Notes: generated from the letters alone by a model not told the origin. 64,000 bases of DNA from Gemmatimonadota bacterium (GCA_965116475.1 OZ220691.1:3264001-3328000); one strand, 5' to 3'; shown: positions 20,886 to 30,834, counted from the first letter of the stretch. Program-made: numbers and translations.

Positions 20886-20953
20886 CCTAAGTCATTGTAA
20901 CAAAGTGACATAAATCTATAGCGATGGATCTCGTTATCACTATTCTTATCACT
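20886..20953. other. Putative att/arm-site-like island end
   Basis: AT-rich stretch with imperfect dyad TAAGTCATTGTAACAAAGTGACATA (20888-20912) and direct repeat TTATCACT at 20934 and 20946. Confidence 0.4.
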
Positions 20954-21594
20954 CGGTGCTCCAACGGCGTGCCGAGCATGGGAAGGGGACGCGACGGGAC
21001 CCCGCTGGACGAGCACGGTCTGCGGCGGCGGGCGCAAGCGGCCCTCCGAAGGCCCGATGCGTTGGTATGTGGAAGGCCTTTTCACCAGTCCGGTCCGCTG
21101 AATCGCCGAATCTGAACAGGGATGGCGCTGTTCTGTACCGATCCGGGCCCGCAGTGCGAGAACCCGCCCCCAGAGGTGGCTGAACCGGCTTCATCCGACC
21201 TCTTACCCTAAGGAGACCGAGCCAGCTGCCCCGCTTGCTCCGCGTCCAGTGCACTGCGATCGTTCCCGCACCCGACGGGTCACGACCCCTCGTCCTCGCC
21301 CGTTTACTCGCCCCCGTTCTCATCTTGGTTGTCGCTGGACAGCGACCTCCGTTGGAAGCCACATGTCATGAGGCTACACCTCTACCGGGAACACATGGCT
21401 AGGGAGCTTGAGCAGCTCCCCGATCTGCGCGATCAGGGAATCCAGAGCTATGTGCTGACCACCGCCATTCTCGCAAGGCGGATCGACGACCGCCTTGGGG
21501 GCCGACTCCAAACTGAGCAGTTGGCGCCACACATCGGTCGACCGCTCAACTTTCGCGAGCTGCTCGGCATGCTCCTGCATTACGTGGAGGGTCG

Positions 21595-24249
21595 TCAGTT
21601 CGAAGCGGCCACGGCCCGGTACCCGGCCGTGTCCCCGAGCTGGTAGTCCTCGCCGGTGACCTGGAGCACGCGGATCCGGTACTGGGAGATCCGGTCGCGG
21701 TCCGGCACCCGGAACCTTAGAAGCGGACCGTCCTCGAGCGGGCCCGCCACGACGATCCGGTGCTTCCCGGAAGCGGCGGAGTGGTAGAGTTCGAGACCGA
21801 CAGCAGCCTCGACCGCCTCGATTTCGGGACCTTCGAGTTCGAGCAGCACGCCGACGGCGCGGCCGGCCGCCGGCGCCGTCCACTCGACGGTCAGGAACCC
21901 GGGGCCTCGTGGCGTGGCTGCCGGCATGGGCAACTCGACGGCCTGCGCACCCGGCTCCCGCGCGGCGGCGGGCGGCCCCGCGAGATCGCCGGTGCACGAC
22001 CAGGCCGTGGCCGCGGCGAGCAACACGGCCAACACCGCTCCGCGCGCGCGGCGGCGCCCGGCACCCGGCCGTCCGCGGCGCCCGTGGGACCGCCGGCGTC
22101 CGGCGGCGGCTGCGCCGAGCAGGAAGAACGCCGGGGACGCGGCACCGGGCTCCCCGGGCGTGCCGCCGCAGTCGGCCTCGCCGCTCCGGCAGCGCTCGAT
22201 CCAGGCCATCAGATCGCCCAGGTCGTACTCTCCGTTCCGGTTGCCGAGGCGGTCGAGGGCGTCGAGCTGGGCCTCGCTCAGCTCGCGCTCGCCGAACAGC
22301 GCCTCGGACGCCTGCTCCGGCGTCAACCGGTCCACCAGCGCGAGCAGGGCGTCCAGGTCCGCCGCGTCCTGCGCGGCCGCGTCTTGCCCGGCCACGTCTT
22401 GCCCGGCCGCGTCTTGCCCGGCCACGTCTTGCCCGGCGACGTCGCCCGCGGACTGCGGGATCGTGACCCTGACGCTCGGGGTCGCCATCCCGGGCGGGCC
22501 GTAGTTGACCGCCTTGTGTCCGATCACCGCCGACGAGGCGGTCGCGTTCTGTGCCACGGTCACGGTCACCTCCTTGTACCTGAACCAGTCCGTTCTCCCG
22601 TAGGACACCGAGGTGGGCGACGCCGTGACGCCCGCGCTGTCCGGCTGCGGCTCGATCGCCGCGCCCGCCGGGGGGTGGTGGTTGAGGCGCATGCGGTACG
22701 CGCCCGATCCGCCGGGCGCGATCGTGAGCGCCGTCTCCGACACGACGACCCCGTGCTCGTAGACCGGGTTGTCGCTCAGCCGGAGCTGCCTGAGGTTGGC
22801 CAGCTCGTTGATCTCCTCGTACGGAAAGCTCGTCAGCTGGTTGTCGCGCAGATTGAGTTCCTCGAGCGCCGCCAGCCGGTCGAAGACGCCGGCGCGCAGC
22901 GACCGCAGGCGGTTGTCGTCGATGTCGAGTTCCCTGAGAAGCGTCAGCTGGTCGAAGACGTTCGCGGGCAGCGACGAGATCCGGTTGCCGTCCAGATCGA
23001 GCATGGTCAGCGCACTCAGGTCGTCGAAGATCCCCGTCGGCAGCGACGAGATCCGGTTCCCGCTCAGGTCGACCTCCGTCACCGCCGTCAGGCCGTCGAA
23101 GTCGCCCGCCTTGAGCGACGCGATGTTCAGGTGGTTCAGCCAGAGTCCGCCCGAGATGGACGCCAGGTCGTCCGCCGTCACCCCGCCGCAGCCCTTCGAG
23201 CCGCCCAGCCACCCCAGGATGGCGTCGCGCACCTGGGGCGTGCGGCCGCAGATGCCGCCCGACGGCGTCCCCCGCACCTCGCGCGACGACTCTCCCGGGC
23301 CGGCCCTGTTGACGGCCCGCACCGCGAAGCGGTACTCGCGGTCGTTCGCGAGGCCCCCGACCGTGTACGTCTCCATGTTCGCCCCGCCCGCGCCGCTGCC
23401 CGGGATGCCGCGCCAGCTTCCGCCGTCCACCCGGTAGTCGTGGCGGGTCACGGGCGCGCCGCCGTTGTACGGCGGGAACCCCGGGTCGTCGCCCGGCGCG
23501 GTCCAGCTCAGCGTCACCTCGCGGCTGCCCGGCACCGCGGTCAGGTCGACCGGCGCGTCCGGCGCCCTCGCCGTCACCGTGCCGTCGACGATGGTGACGG
23601 TGACGGACCCGATCGCGACCGTGCCGTGATGGGCGGCGATGACGACCGTCTCGTCGTCCTCGGACTCCGAGTCGGACAGCGCGGCGAGCGTGACGCCGCC
23701 CGTGGTCGCGCCCGCCGCGATCGTGATGTTCGGCTCCGACAGCGTGTAGTCGCTGCCGCTGGTCGCCGTCCCGCCCAGCTCCAGCGTGACCGTCTGGACC
23801 GTCTCGAAGGTCGAGCCGCTGGTCTGGACCCATAGCCGCGTCTCCTCGCCCTCCCGCAACGTCGTCACGTTCGTCCTGATCTCGAGGTCGATGTCGTCGT
23901 CGGCCACCCTCACCTGCACGCTGCGCGCGGTGACCGACCCGTAGTCGCCCCCGCTCACGGCGTGGGACACCGTCGCCTCGTCGGCGTTCTTGTCGACATC
24001 CTGCGCCGCGCTCACCGTCACCGGCTGCGCCGTGTCCCAGTCGCCGGGCGCGAACGTCAGCGTCGGCGGAGACGCCGTCACATCGGAGTCGCCGCTCACC
24101 GACACGCCGATCGTCACCGTGGCCGTCGGGCGCGATTCGAGCGCCACCCTGTAGGTGCCGCTGCCGCCCTCCTCGATCGAGAGCGCCGTCGCCGAGACCG
24201 CCACGCCGCGCGTGTCGTCGTCGGTGATCGTCACCGTCGCGTCCGTCAC
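21595..24249 (-). CDS. Giant surface protein, C-terminal segment (Calx-beta-like, FN3, LRR, EF-hand/dockerin-like motif, terminal beta-rich domain)
   Basis: FN3 (APDAPVDLTAVPG..VTLSW..YRFAVRAVN), CGRTPQVRDAI + LxxLxLxxN repeats, DRLGNRNGEYDLGDL. Continues the upstream ORF through a frameshift at ~24250-24260. Confidence 0.85.
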   Translation of the reverse strand: MTDATVTITDDDTRGVAVSATALSIEEGGSGTYRVALESRPTATVTIGVSVSGDSDVTASPPTLTFAPGDWDTAQPVTVSAAQDVDKNADEATVSHAVSGGDYGSVTARSVQVRVADDDIDLEIRTNVTTLREGEETRLWVQTSGSTFETVQTVTLELGGTATSGSDYTLSEPNITIAAGATTGGVTLAALSDSESEDDETVVIAAHHGTVAIGSVTVTIVDGTVTARAPDAPVDLTAVPGSREVTLSWTAPGDDPGFPPYNGGAPVTRHDYRVDGGSWRGIPGSGAGGANMETYTVGGLANDREYRFAVRAVNRAGPGESSREVRGTPSGGICGRTPQVRDAILGWLGGSKGCGGVTADDLASISGGLWLNHLNIASLKAGDFDGLTAVTEVDLSGNRISSLPTGIFDDLSALTMLDLDGNRISSLPANVFDQLTLLRELDIDDNRLRSLRAGVFDRLAALEELNLRDNQLTSFPYEEINELANLRQLRLSDNPVYEHGVVVSETALTIAPGGSGAYRMRLNHHPPAGAAIEPQPDSAGVTASPTSVSYGRTDWFRYKEVTVTVAQNATASSAVIGHKAVNYGPPGMATPSVRVTIPQSAGDVAGQDVAGQDAAGQDVAGQDAAAQDAADLDALLALVDRLTPEQASEALFGERELSEAQLDALDRLGNRNGEYDLGDLMAWIERCRSGEADCGGTPGEPGAASPAFFLLGAAAAGRRRSHGRRGRPGAGRRRARGAVLAVLLAAATAWSCTGDLAGPPAAAREPGAQAVELPMPAATPRGPGFLTVEWTAPAAGRAVGVLLELEGPEIEAVEAAVGLELYHSAASGKHRIVVAGPLEDGPLLRFRVPDRDRISQYRIRVLQVTGEDYQLGDTAGYRAVAASN
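22361..22447 (-). repeat. 15-bp tandem repeat encoding (AGQDV/AGQDA)n linker
   Basis: + strand gtcttgcccggcc(a/g)c, four near-perfect copies plus degenerate flanking units. Confidence 0.9.
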
Positions 24250-27200
24250 GGTCGAGGCCTGGACACCGTGCCCGTGACCGTGACCGTCTCGTCGTCCTCG
24301 TCCACGTCGTCGTCCACCGGCGTCAGCGTCAGCGTGGCCGTCCCGCTCGTCGCGCCCGCCTCGATCGTCAGCGTGGCCGTGCCCGCCGTGAAGTCCGACG
24401 AAGCCGCCGTGCCCGCGCTCACCGACAGCGACACCGCCCGATCCGCCGCGAGCGCGGCGCCGTTCAGCTTTCCCGTCACCGACAGCGGCGTCTGACCCTC
24501 ACCCTCGCCCACCCGCCCGGGCATCACCGTCAGCGTCACGCCCGTCGACGGCGTGTCGTCGTCGGTGACGCGTATCTGCACGGAGGCGGCCGTGACGCCG
24601 TTGGCACCGTAGTCGCCGCCGCTCACCGTGTGGCTCACCGTCGCCGTGTCGCCGGCCGCGTCCACGTCCTGGGCCGCACGCACCGTCACCGTACGCGGCT
24701 CATCCCAGTCGCTGGTCGTGAACGCCAGCGACGGCGGGGACACCGTCACGTCCGCATCACCCGCCACCGAGACGCCCACCGTCACCGTGGCCGTAGGCTG
24801 CGACTCGAGCACCACCGTGTAGGTGCCGCTGCCGCCCTCGTCGAACTCGACCGACGTCTCCGACACCCCCACCCCGCGGGTGTCGTCGTCGGTGATCGTC
24901 ACCGTCGCGCCCGTGACGGTCAGGCCGCCGGACGCGGTGCCCGCCACCATGACCGTCTCGTCGTCCTCGTCGACGTCGTCGGACACCGGCGTCAGCGTCA
25001 GCGTCGCCATGCCGCTCGTCTGGCCCGTCACGATCGTCAGCATCGCCGTGCCCGCCGTGAAGTCCTCCGATGCCGATGCCGTCACCGGGCTCACCGACAG
25101 CGCCACCGTCCGGTCCTCCGTGAACGCCCCGCCGTTCAGCGTGCCGGTGACGCTCAGCGCCGTCTGCCCATCACCCTCGCCCACCTCTGCCGGCGACACC
25201 GAAAGCGTCACTCCCGTCGCCGCCATGACATGCCGCGTCACGACCACCGTGTAGGTCTTCCGCGTCACCCCGTCCTGGGCCGTCACCCTCACCTTGATCG
25301 TGTTCGCGCCCACTTCGAGCGCGACCTGGAACCCGTCCGCCGCGTCCGCGTCCACGAGCGCCTGGTCGCTGCCGTCGAGGTACGCGACCGTAGCCGAGAC
25401 ATGGCTCTTCACCGCGCTCAGCGTGGTCATCGCCACCGAGTGGGGCGCCGACCCCGTGTAGCTCGTCGAGTCCGGGTGGAACAGCGGCGTGAGCGTCACC
25501 CCGCTCAGGTTCAGCCCGCTCAGCCTCGCGTCGTCGGACGGCTGCCGCGTCACGACCACGACGTAGGTCTTCTGCGTCACCCCGTCCTGGGCCGTCACCC
25601 TGACCCCGATCGTGTTCGCGCCCACTTCGACCGCCACCTGGAACCCGTCCGCCGTACTCGCGTCCGTCAGCGCCTCGTCGCTGGCGTCCACGTACGCGAC
25701 CGTCGCCGAGGTGTGGCTGGTCGTCGCCTCCACCGTCGTCAAGGACACCGAGTGGGCGACCGTCGACGTGTAGTTCAGCGAATCCGTGTGGAACGTCGGC
25801 TCCAGCGTCACGCCGCTCAGCGTCAGCGCGCTCAGGCTCGCGTCCGTGGACGGGACGCGGTTCATTACCGTCTGAGCGGTGAAGGTGGCCGCGTCGTTGC
25901 CCGCCAGGTCCTGCACCGCGTTCGCGTCGTCGCCGGTGGTCGGGTCCATGTAGCCGACCGTCACCGTCTGGTCGCCCGCCACCGCCGACGCCGGGACCAA
26001 CAGCACCTCCAGCGCGGCCGGGTGGACACTGGTGACGGTCCGGGCCGTTCCGGCCACCGTTACCGTGAATGCGCTGGCCGGAGCCGTCGTCGTCTGGGAC
26101 AACTCTTCGTTGAAGTGGAGGTGGATGCCGATGCCGTCGGGCGTGGTCCTCGGCGCGTTCGTGCCGCTCGTCACCAGCGTCGGGCGCACGCCGTCCACCC
26201 TGTGGGTCGCGTCCGCCGCCACGGCCGCGTGCGCGATGAAGGCATCGCTCGTCGTCGAGCCCTTCCTCCGGATCGTCCCGCCGTTCAGCTCGAGTTCGTT
26301 CGCCGCGATCTCGATGCCGTCGTCGTCGGAGTCGTTCTCCGCCACCACGTAGCCCTTGAACAGCAGCGCGGTCGTGCCCGTCCCGGAGCTGTAGTCCAGC
26401 TGCTTGTCCGACCCGGCGACGTCGATGTCCAGCCGCGGCGTGCCCGTCACGTCCACGGAGTCGGTGAACGTCACCGTCACCGATACCGTGTCGCCGATGG
26501 CGTACGCCCCGTCCGTGCCCGCATCCGACAGCGCCAGCGAGGCGACCGCCGGCTCGACGTCGTTCCTCACCGTCTGCGCATCGAACGTCGCCGCGTCGTT
26601 GCCGGCCAAGTCCTGAATCGCGTTCGCGTCGTCGCCGGCCGTCGGGTCCATGTAGGCCACCGTCACCGTCTCGCCGGGGGCCACCGTCGACGCCAGGAAC
26701 AAGATCACTTGAGTATCGGACTGGTCGACAGTCCCGCGGAGGGTCCGGGGCGTTCCGTCCACCGTCACCGTGAATGCGCTGGCCGGCGCCGCCGTCGGGG
26801 ACAGATCTTCGCTGAAGTCGAGGTAGAGGCCACGGCCGCCGGGCGTGGTCCTCGGCGCGTTCGTGCCGCTCGTCACCAGCGTCGGGCGGATGCCGTCCAC
26901 CCGCAGGGCCGCATCGATGCCGACCTCGTCGGCCGTGTAGGTCGTGTCGGCGGCCAGGCCGTTCGGGCCCTCGAGCGTCGCGCCGTTCAGCGTCAGCTTG
27001 TTCGCGGCCACGCCGATCGCTCCGGCAATGCCCTCGGCGACCGGGTAGCGGCAGGTGAGTTGGGTCCCCGTCGCAGCGCCGCAGGTCGCCGTCCTCGTCG
27101 AGTCGCCGACAGTCAGCTCCAGCCGCGGCGTGCCGCCGGTCACGTCCAGCGTCAGGTCCTTCGTGAACGTCACCGCCAGGTCGATGGTGTCGGCGATGGC

Positions 27201-29831
27201 GTAGGTCGTGTCGCTCGGCGCGTCGATGACCGCCACCGAGGCGACCTCAGGCCCGGGAACCGCGATGAGTTTTACGGCGACCGGCTCGCCGTCCGACCAG
27301 GCCAGGCCGGGGTTGTCCCAATCGTGACTTTCTGTCCCCGTCGCCTCATCGAGGCGAAACTCCGTGCCGTCCAGGGCCAATACTAGGAGGTCGTCGGGCG
27401 CGGCGGAGATGCGGGATGACAGAAAATAGATCAGCTCGTTGTCGATAACAACATCATTAACGAGCGCTATCGAATGGGCGAGCACGAAAAGGGAATAGGG
27501 CGTTCCTCCATACTCGAACGTGTCGGACCTGGAAAGGCTGCCGACGACACCGTCCGTGGTTGACTCGTATCCGACAGTGTGTCCAACAAGAGGTCCTGAT
27601 GTTCGCATGGACGTCCCCACGGTCATTTCGACGGACCAAAGGACATCGCCCTCCGTACCCGGCCCCGCGTTGTTCGTGACCGTCTCTGCGGAGAACGTCG
27701 CCGCGTCGTTGCCCGCAGCGTCCTGTACCGCGTTCTCGTCGTTGCTTCCCGTCGGATCCATGTAGGCGACCGTCACCGTCTCGCCGGTGGCCACCGCGGA
27801 CGCCAGCACGAGCGTCACCGACGGGCCGGCCGCAACGACGCCGCCCGCAAAGACCGAGGTGACGCCACGCGTCGTTCCGTCCACCGTCACCGTGAACGCA
27901 CTCGTCGGCGCGGTGGCCGAGGACAGCACCTCGCTGAACGTCAGCAGCACTTTCTTGCCGTCGTTCGATGTCTTCGGCGCACCGTCGCCCGTCGTCACCA
28001 GCGTTGGCGCCACCAAGTCCACCCTGTTCGTCACCGTCTGCGCGGCAAAGGTCGCCGCGTCGTTACCCCCCGCGTCCTGCACCGCGTTCGCGTCGTCGCT
28101 CGCCGTCGGGTCCATGTAGGCGACCGTCACCGTGTCGCCGGTGGCCACTGCGGAGGCCAGCGTCAAGGTCACGTCCGTGCCGCTGGCGGAGACCGAGCTG
28201 ACGCCGCGCGTCGATCCGTTCACGCGCACCGTGAACGCGCTCGCCGGCGCCGTCGTCGCCGACAGCCTCTCGCTGAAGGTGAGGTCGATGATCGCACCGT
28301 TGGTCGAGGTGACCGCGCTCACGAACGTCGGGCGCACGCCGTCCACCCTGTGGGTCGCGTCCGCCGCCACGGCCGCGTGCGTGATGATGGCATTGATCGT
28401 CGTCGAGCCCTTCTTCCGGATCGTCCCGCCGTTCAGCTCGAGTTCGTTCGCCGCGATCTCGATGCCGTCCGTGTCTTCTTCGCTCTCCGCCACCACGTAG
28501 CCCTTGAACAGCAGCGCGGTCGTGCCCGTCCCGGAGCTGTAGTCCAGCGGCTTGTCCGACCCGGCGACGTCGATGTCCAGCCGCGGCACCCCCGCCACGT
28601 CCACGGAGTCAGTGAACGTCACCGTCACCGATACCGTGTCGCCGATCCCGTACGCCCCGTCCGTGCCCGCGTCCGACAGCGCCAGCGAGACGACTTCGGG
28701 CCCAACGACGTTCCTCACCGCCTGCGCGTCGAACGTCGCCGCGTCGTTGCCCGCCGCGTCCTGGACCGCGTTCGCGTCGTCGTTCGCCGTCGGGTCCATG
28801 TAGGCCACCGTCACCGTCTCGCCGGTCGTTACCGCCGGCGACAGAGTGAGAGCTACGGTCCGGTCGATCAGGTTCGCGGCGACGACTTCGACGGTCCTGG
28901 GCTGTCCGTCCACCGTCACCGTGAACGCGCTCGCCGGCGCCGTCGTCGTCGACAGCGTCTCGCTGAAGCGGAGGTCGATGGCCGACCCGCTCGCCGTGGT
29001 CTTCGGCGCACCCGTGCCGCTCGTCACCAGCGTCGGCCGCACCGCGTCCACCCGCAGGTCCGCATCGATGCCGACCTCGTCGGCCGTGTAGGTCGTGTCG
29101 GCGCTCAGTTCGCTCGGGCCCACAAGCGTCGCGCCGTTCAGCGTCAGCTTGTTCGCGGCCACGCCGATCGCTCCGGCAATGCCCTCGTCGACCGGGTAGC
29201 GGCAGGTGAGTTGGGTCCCCGCGGCGATGAGGCAGGTCGCCGTCCTCGTCGAATCGCCGACCGTCAGTTCCAGGCCCGGCGTGCCGCCGCTCACGTCCAG
29301 CGTCAAGTCCTCGCTGAACGTCACCGCCAGATCGATGGTGTCGGCGATCGCGTAGGTGTCGTCGCTCGGGGCGTCGACGACCGAGATCGAGGTGACCTTT
29401 GGCGGGGAAACCGCAATGAGCTTCACGGCGACCGGCTCGCCATCCGACCAGGTCAGCCCGGGATTGCTCCAATTGAAGCCGATTGTGCCTGTCTCCGGCT
29501 GACTGACTTGATTCGCCTCACCGAGCCGGAACTGCGTCCCGTCCAGATCCAAGATCAGCAGATCAGCGGGGGCGGTCGGAAAGGTATTTGGCAGTTGCAG
29601 TACCAAAGCGGATTGTTCGTTCCGCGACGTCACAGTGATGTCCACCACCGTATAGTCTGTTCCCCCGTACGAGAACTTTGTAGATCCTGAAATCCTGCCA
29701 ATAAGGCCGAGCAGTCCCTTTCCGTATCCGGCTGTGGAGAACACGTCACTGCCAATGTCAACTGTATCCGACCCCACGATCATGTCGACGGACCAGATGG
29801 TGTCGCCCCGCGCGGGGTAGATCTCGGGCAC
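24246..29831 (-). CDS. Giant surface protein, central segment (SwmB-like repeats, Ig-like, cadherin-like beta-sandwich, Calx-beta-like domains)
   Basis: Repeats TVTVAYMDPT..DDANAVQDAAGNDAATF, 2x DASLSALTLS..VTAQDGVT.KTY.VVVTR, ITDDDT; T/V/A/D-rich. Frame is open upstream to ~29895. Confidence 0.88.
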   Translation of the reverse strand: MPEIYPARGDTIWSVDMIVGSDTVDIGSDVFSTAGYGKGLLGLIGRISGSTKFSYGGTDYTVVDITVTSRNEQSALVLQLPNTFPTAPADLLILDLDGTQFRLGEANQVSQPETGTIGFNWSNPGLTWSDGEPVAVKLIAVSPPKVTSISVVDAPSDDTYAIADTIDLAVTFSEDLTLDVSGGTPGLELTVGDSTRTATCLIAAGTQLTCRYPVDEGIAGAIGVAANKLTLNGATLVGPSELSADTTYTADEVGIDADLRVDAVRPTLVTSGTGAPKTTASGSAIDLRFSETLSTTTAPASAFTVTVDGQPRTVEVVAANLIDRTVALTLSPAVTTGETVTVAYMDPTANDDANAVQDAAGNDAATFDAQAVRNVVGPEVVSLALSDAGTDGAYGIGDTVSVTVTFTDSVDVAGVPRLDIDVAGSDKPLDYSSGTGTTALLFKGYVVAESEEDTDGIEIAANELELNGGTIRKKGSTTINAIITHAAVAADATHRVDGVRPTFVSAVTSTNGAIIDLTFSERLSATTAPASAFTVRVNGSTRGVSSVSASGTDVTLTLASAVATGDTVTVAYMDPTASDDANAVQDAGGNDAATFAAQTVTNRVDLVAPTLVTTGDGAPKTSNDGKKVLLTFSEVLSSATAPTSAFTVTVDGTTRGVTSVFAGGVVAAGPSVTLVLASAVATGETVTVAYMDPTGSNDENAVQDAAGNDAATFSAETVTNNAGPGTEGDVLWSVEMTVGTSMRTSGPLVGHTVGYESTTDGVVGSLSRSDTFEYGGTPYSLFVLAHSIALVNDVVIDNELIYFLSSRISAAPDDLLVLALDGTEFRLDEATGTESHDWDNPGLAWSDGEPVAVKLIAVPGPEVASVAVIDAPSDTTYAIADTIDLAVTFTKDLTLDVTGGTPRLELTVGDSTRTATCGAATGTQLTCRYPVAEGIAGAIGVAANKLTLNGATLEGPNGLAADTTYTADEVGIDAALRVDGIRPTLVTSGTNAPRTTPGGRGLYLDFSEDLSPTAAPASAFTVTVDGTPRTLRGTVDQSDTQVILFLASTVAPGETVTVAYMDPTAGDDANAIQDLAGNDAATFDAQTVRNDVEPAVASLALSDAGTDGAYAIGDTVSVTVTFTDSVDVTGTPRLDIDVAGSDKQLDYSSGTGTTALLFKGYVVAENDSDDDGIEIAANELELNGGTIRRKGSTTSDAFIAHAAVAADATHRVDGVRPTLVTSGTNAPRTTPDGIGIHLHFNEELSQTTTAPASAFTVTVAGTARTVTSVHPAALEVLLVPASAVAGDQTVTVGYMDPTTGDDANAVQDLAGNDAATFTAQTVMNRVPSTDASLSALTLSGVTLEPTFHTDSLNYTSTVAHSVSLTTVEATTSHTSATVAYVDASDEALTDASTADGFQVAVEVGANTIGVRVTAQDGVTQKTYVVVVTRQPSDDARLSGLNLSGVTLTPLFHPDSTSYTGSAPHSVAMTTLSAVKSHVSATVAYLDGSDQALVDADAADGFQVALEVGANTIKVRVTAQDGVTRKTYTVVVTRHVMAATGVTLSVSPAEVGEGDGQTALSVTGTLNGGAFTEDRTVALSVSPVTASASEDFTAGTAMLTIVTGQTSGMATLTLTPVSDDVDEDDETVMVAGTASGGLTVTGATVTITDDDTRGVGVSETSVEFDEGGSGTYTVVLESQPTATVTVGVSVAGDADVTVSPPSLAFTTSDWDEPRTVTVRAAQDVDAAGDTATVSHTVSGGDYGANGVTAASVQIRVTDDDTPSTGVTLTVMPGRVGEGEGQTPLSVTGKLNGAALAADRAVSLSVSAGTAASSDFTAGTATLTIEAGATSGTATLTLTPVDDDVDEDDETVTVTGTVSRPRP

Positions 29832-30481
29832 GACGCTGTTGTTTGTGACCGTCTCCGCTGAGAACGTCGCGGCGTCGTTGCCGGCCGCGTCCTCGCACGG
29901 CGTTCGCGTCGTCGTCCGCGCTCGGATCGGTGTAGGCGACCGTCACCGCCTGGCCTGTGGCCACCGCGCTCAGCACCAGCGTCACCGTCACCGACGCGCC
30001 GCTCGCCGAGACCGAGTAGACGCCGTCGGGCCGATCGGTGGCCACCATTACCGTGAACGCGGAGTCGTCGGCGCCGCGGCCGCCGACAGCGTCTCGCTGA
30101 ACGTCAGAGCACGATCTGCGTGCCGTCGGCCGAGGTGGCCGCGCTCACGAATGTCGGCGGGGCGAGGTCCACGGTGTTCGTCACCGTCTGCGCGGCAAAG
30201 GTCGCCGCGTCGTTACCCCCCGCGTCTTGCACCGCGTTCGCGTCGTCGCTCGCCGTCGGGTCCATGTAGGCGACCGTCACCGTGTCGCCGGTGGCCACTG
30301 CGGAGGCCAGCGTCAAGGTCACGTCCGTGCCGCTGGCGGAGACCGAGCTGACGCCGCGCGTCGATCCGTTCACGAGCACCGTGAACGAGCTCGCCGGCGC
30401 CGTCATCGAGGACAGCAGTTCGCTGAACGTGATGGCGATCTCGGTGCCGTCGGTCGAGGTGGCCGCGCTCACGAACGTCGG
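26178..30481 (-). repeat. ~2.15 kb intragenic tandem duplication (units ~26178-28326 and ~28327-30481)
   Basis: Near-identical blocks at a constant ~2150 offset, e.g. 26178/28327, 27280/29431, 28021/30171, 28315/30464. Confidence 0.85.
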
Positions 30482-30778
30482 ACTGGCCTTGTAGCTGACG
30501 GAGCGCCCGGTCGGGCTTCCCGCGCGCTCGGAAGGGCTGGACCCGGCGCTACCGACGGACCCGGGCGCCTCCGCCTCCATGTCGGTCTGCGCATGCGCGG
30601 CGCGCGCGCCCACGAGCAGGGCGACACCCGCCAGCAGGACGGCCGTCAGGCGGCGGCCCCCGGCCCGCGAACAGGCCGAGCCCGGCCACGGCGGGGCGGG
30701 AAGGATCGGGCGGGCGGATGCCGCGCGAGGCCGATGGGCCCCCGAATCTTCCTCGGCAGGAAAAACCGCTGGGCTCAT
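29832..30778 (-). CDS. Giant surface protein, N-terminal segment (signal peptide + SwmB-like repeats), broken by three frameshifts at ~29895-30110
   Basis: RRLTAVLLAGVALLVGARAAHA|Q signal; SwmB-like repeat text continues across frames (VL*/LTFSE, PT/SAFTV, AV/QDAAGND). Confidence 0.75.
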
Positions 30779-30834
30779 CTCTCGTATGTGGGAATCGCCG
30801 TTCGACACGCGCGGCCTCCTCGCTCCGAGTTGGA

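Noticed and set aside
20955..21330. tRNA/ncRNA at the island edge
   Set aside because: No cloverleaf, T-loop/CCA or recognisable RNA family motif; a covariance-model search would be needed.
27438..27466. GTCGATAA-8 bp-TTAACGA, a possible third lox-like site inside the adhesin
   Set aside because: Spacer length and sequence differ from sites L/R and the outer arms do not pair; likely chance in an AT-richer domain.
24246..30481. Repeats as a CRISPR array or DGR template/variable pair
   Set aside because: The repeats are long in-frame protein domains; no cas or reverse transcriptase gene is present and the differences are not adenine-specific.
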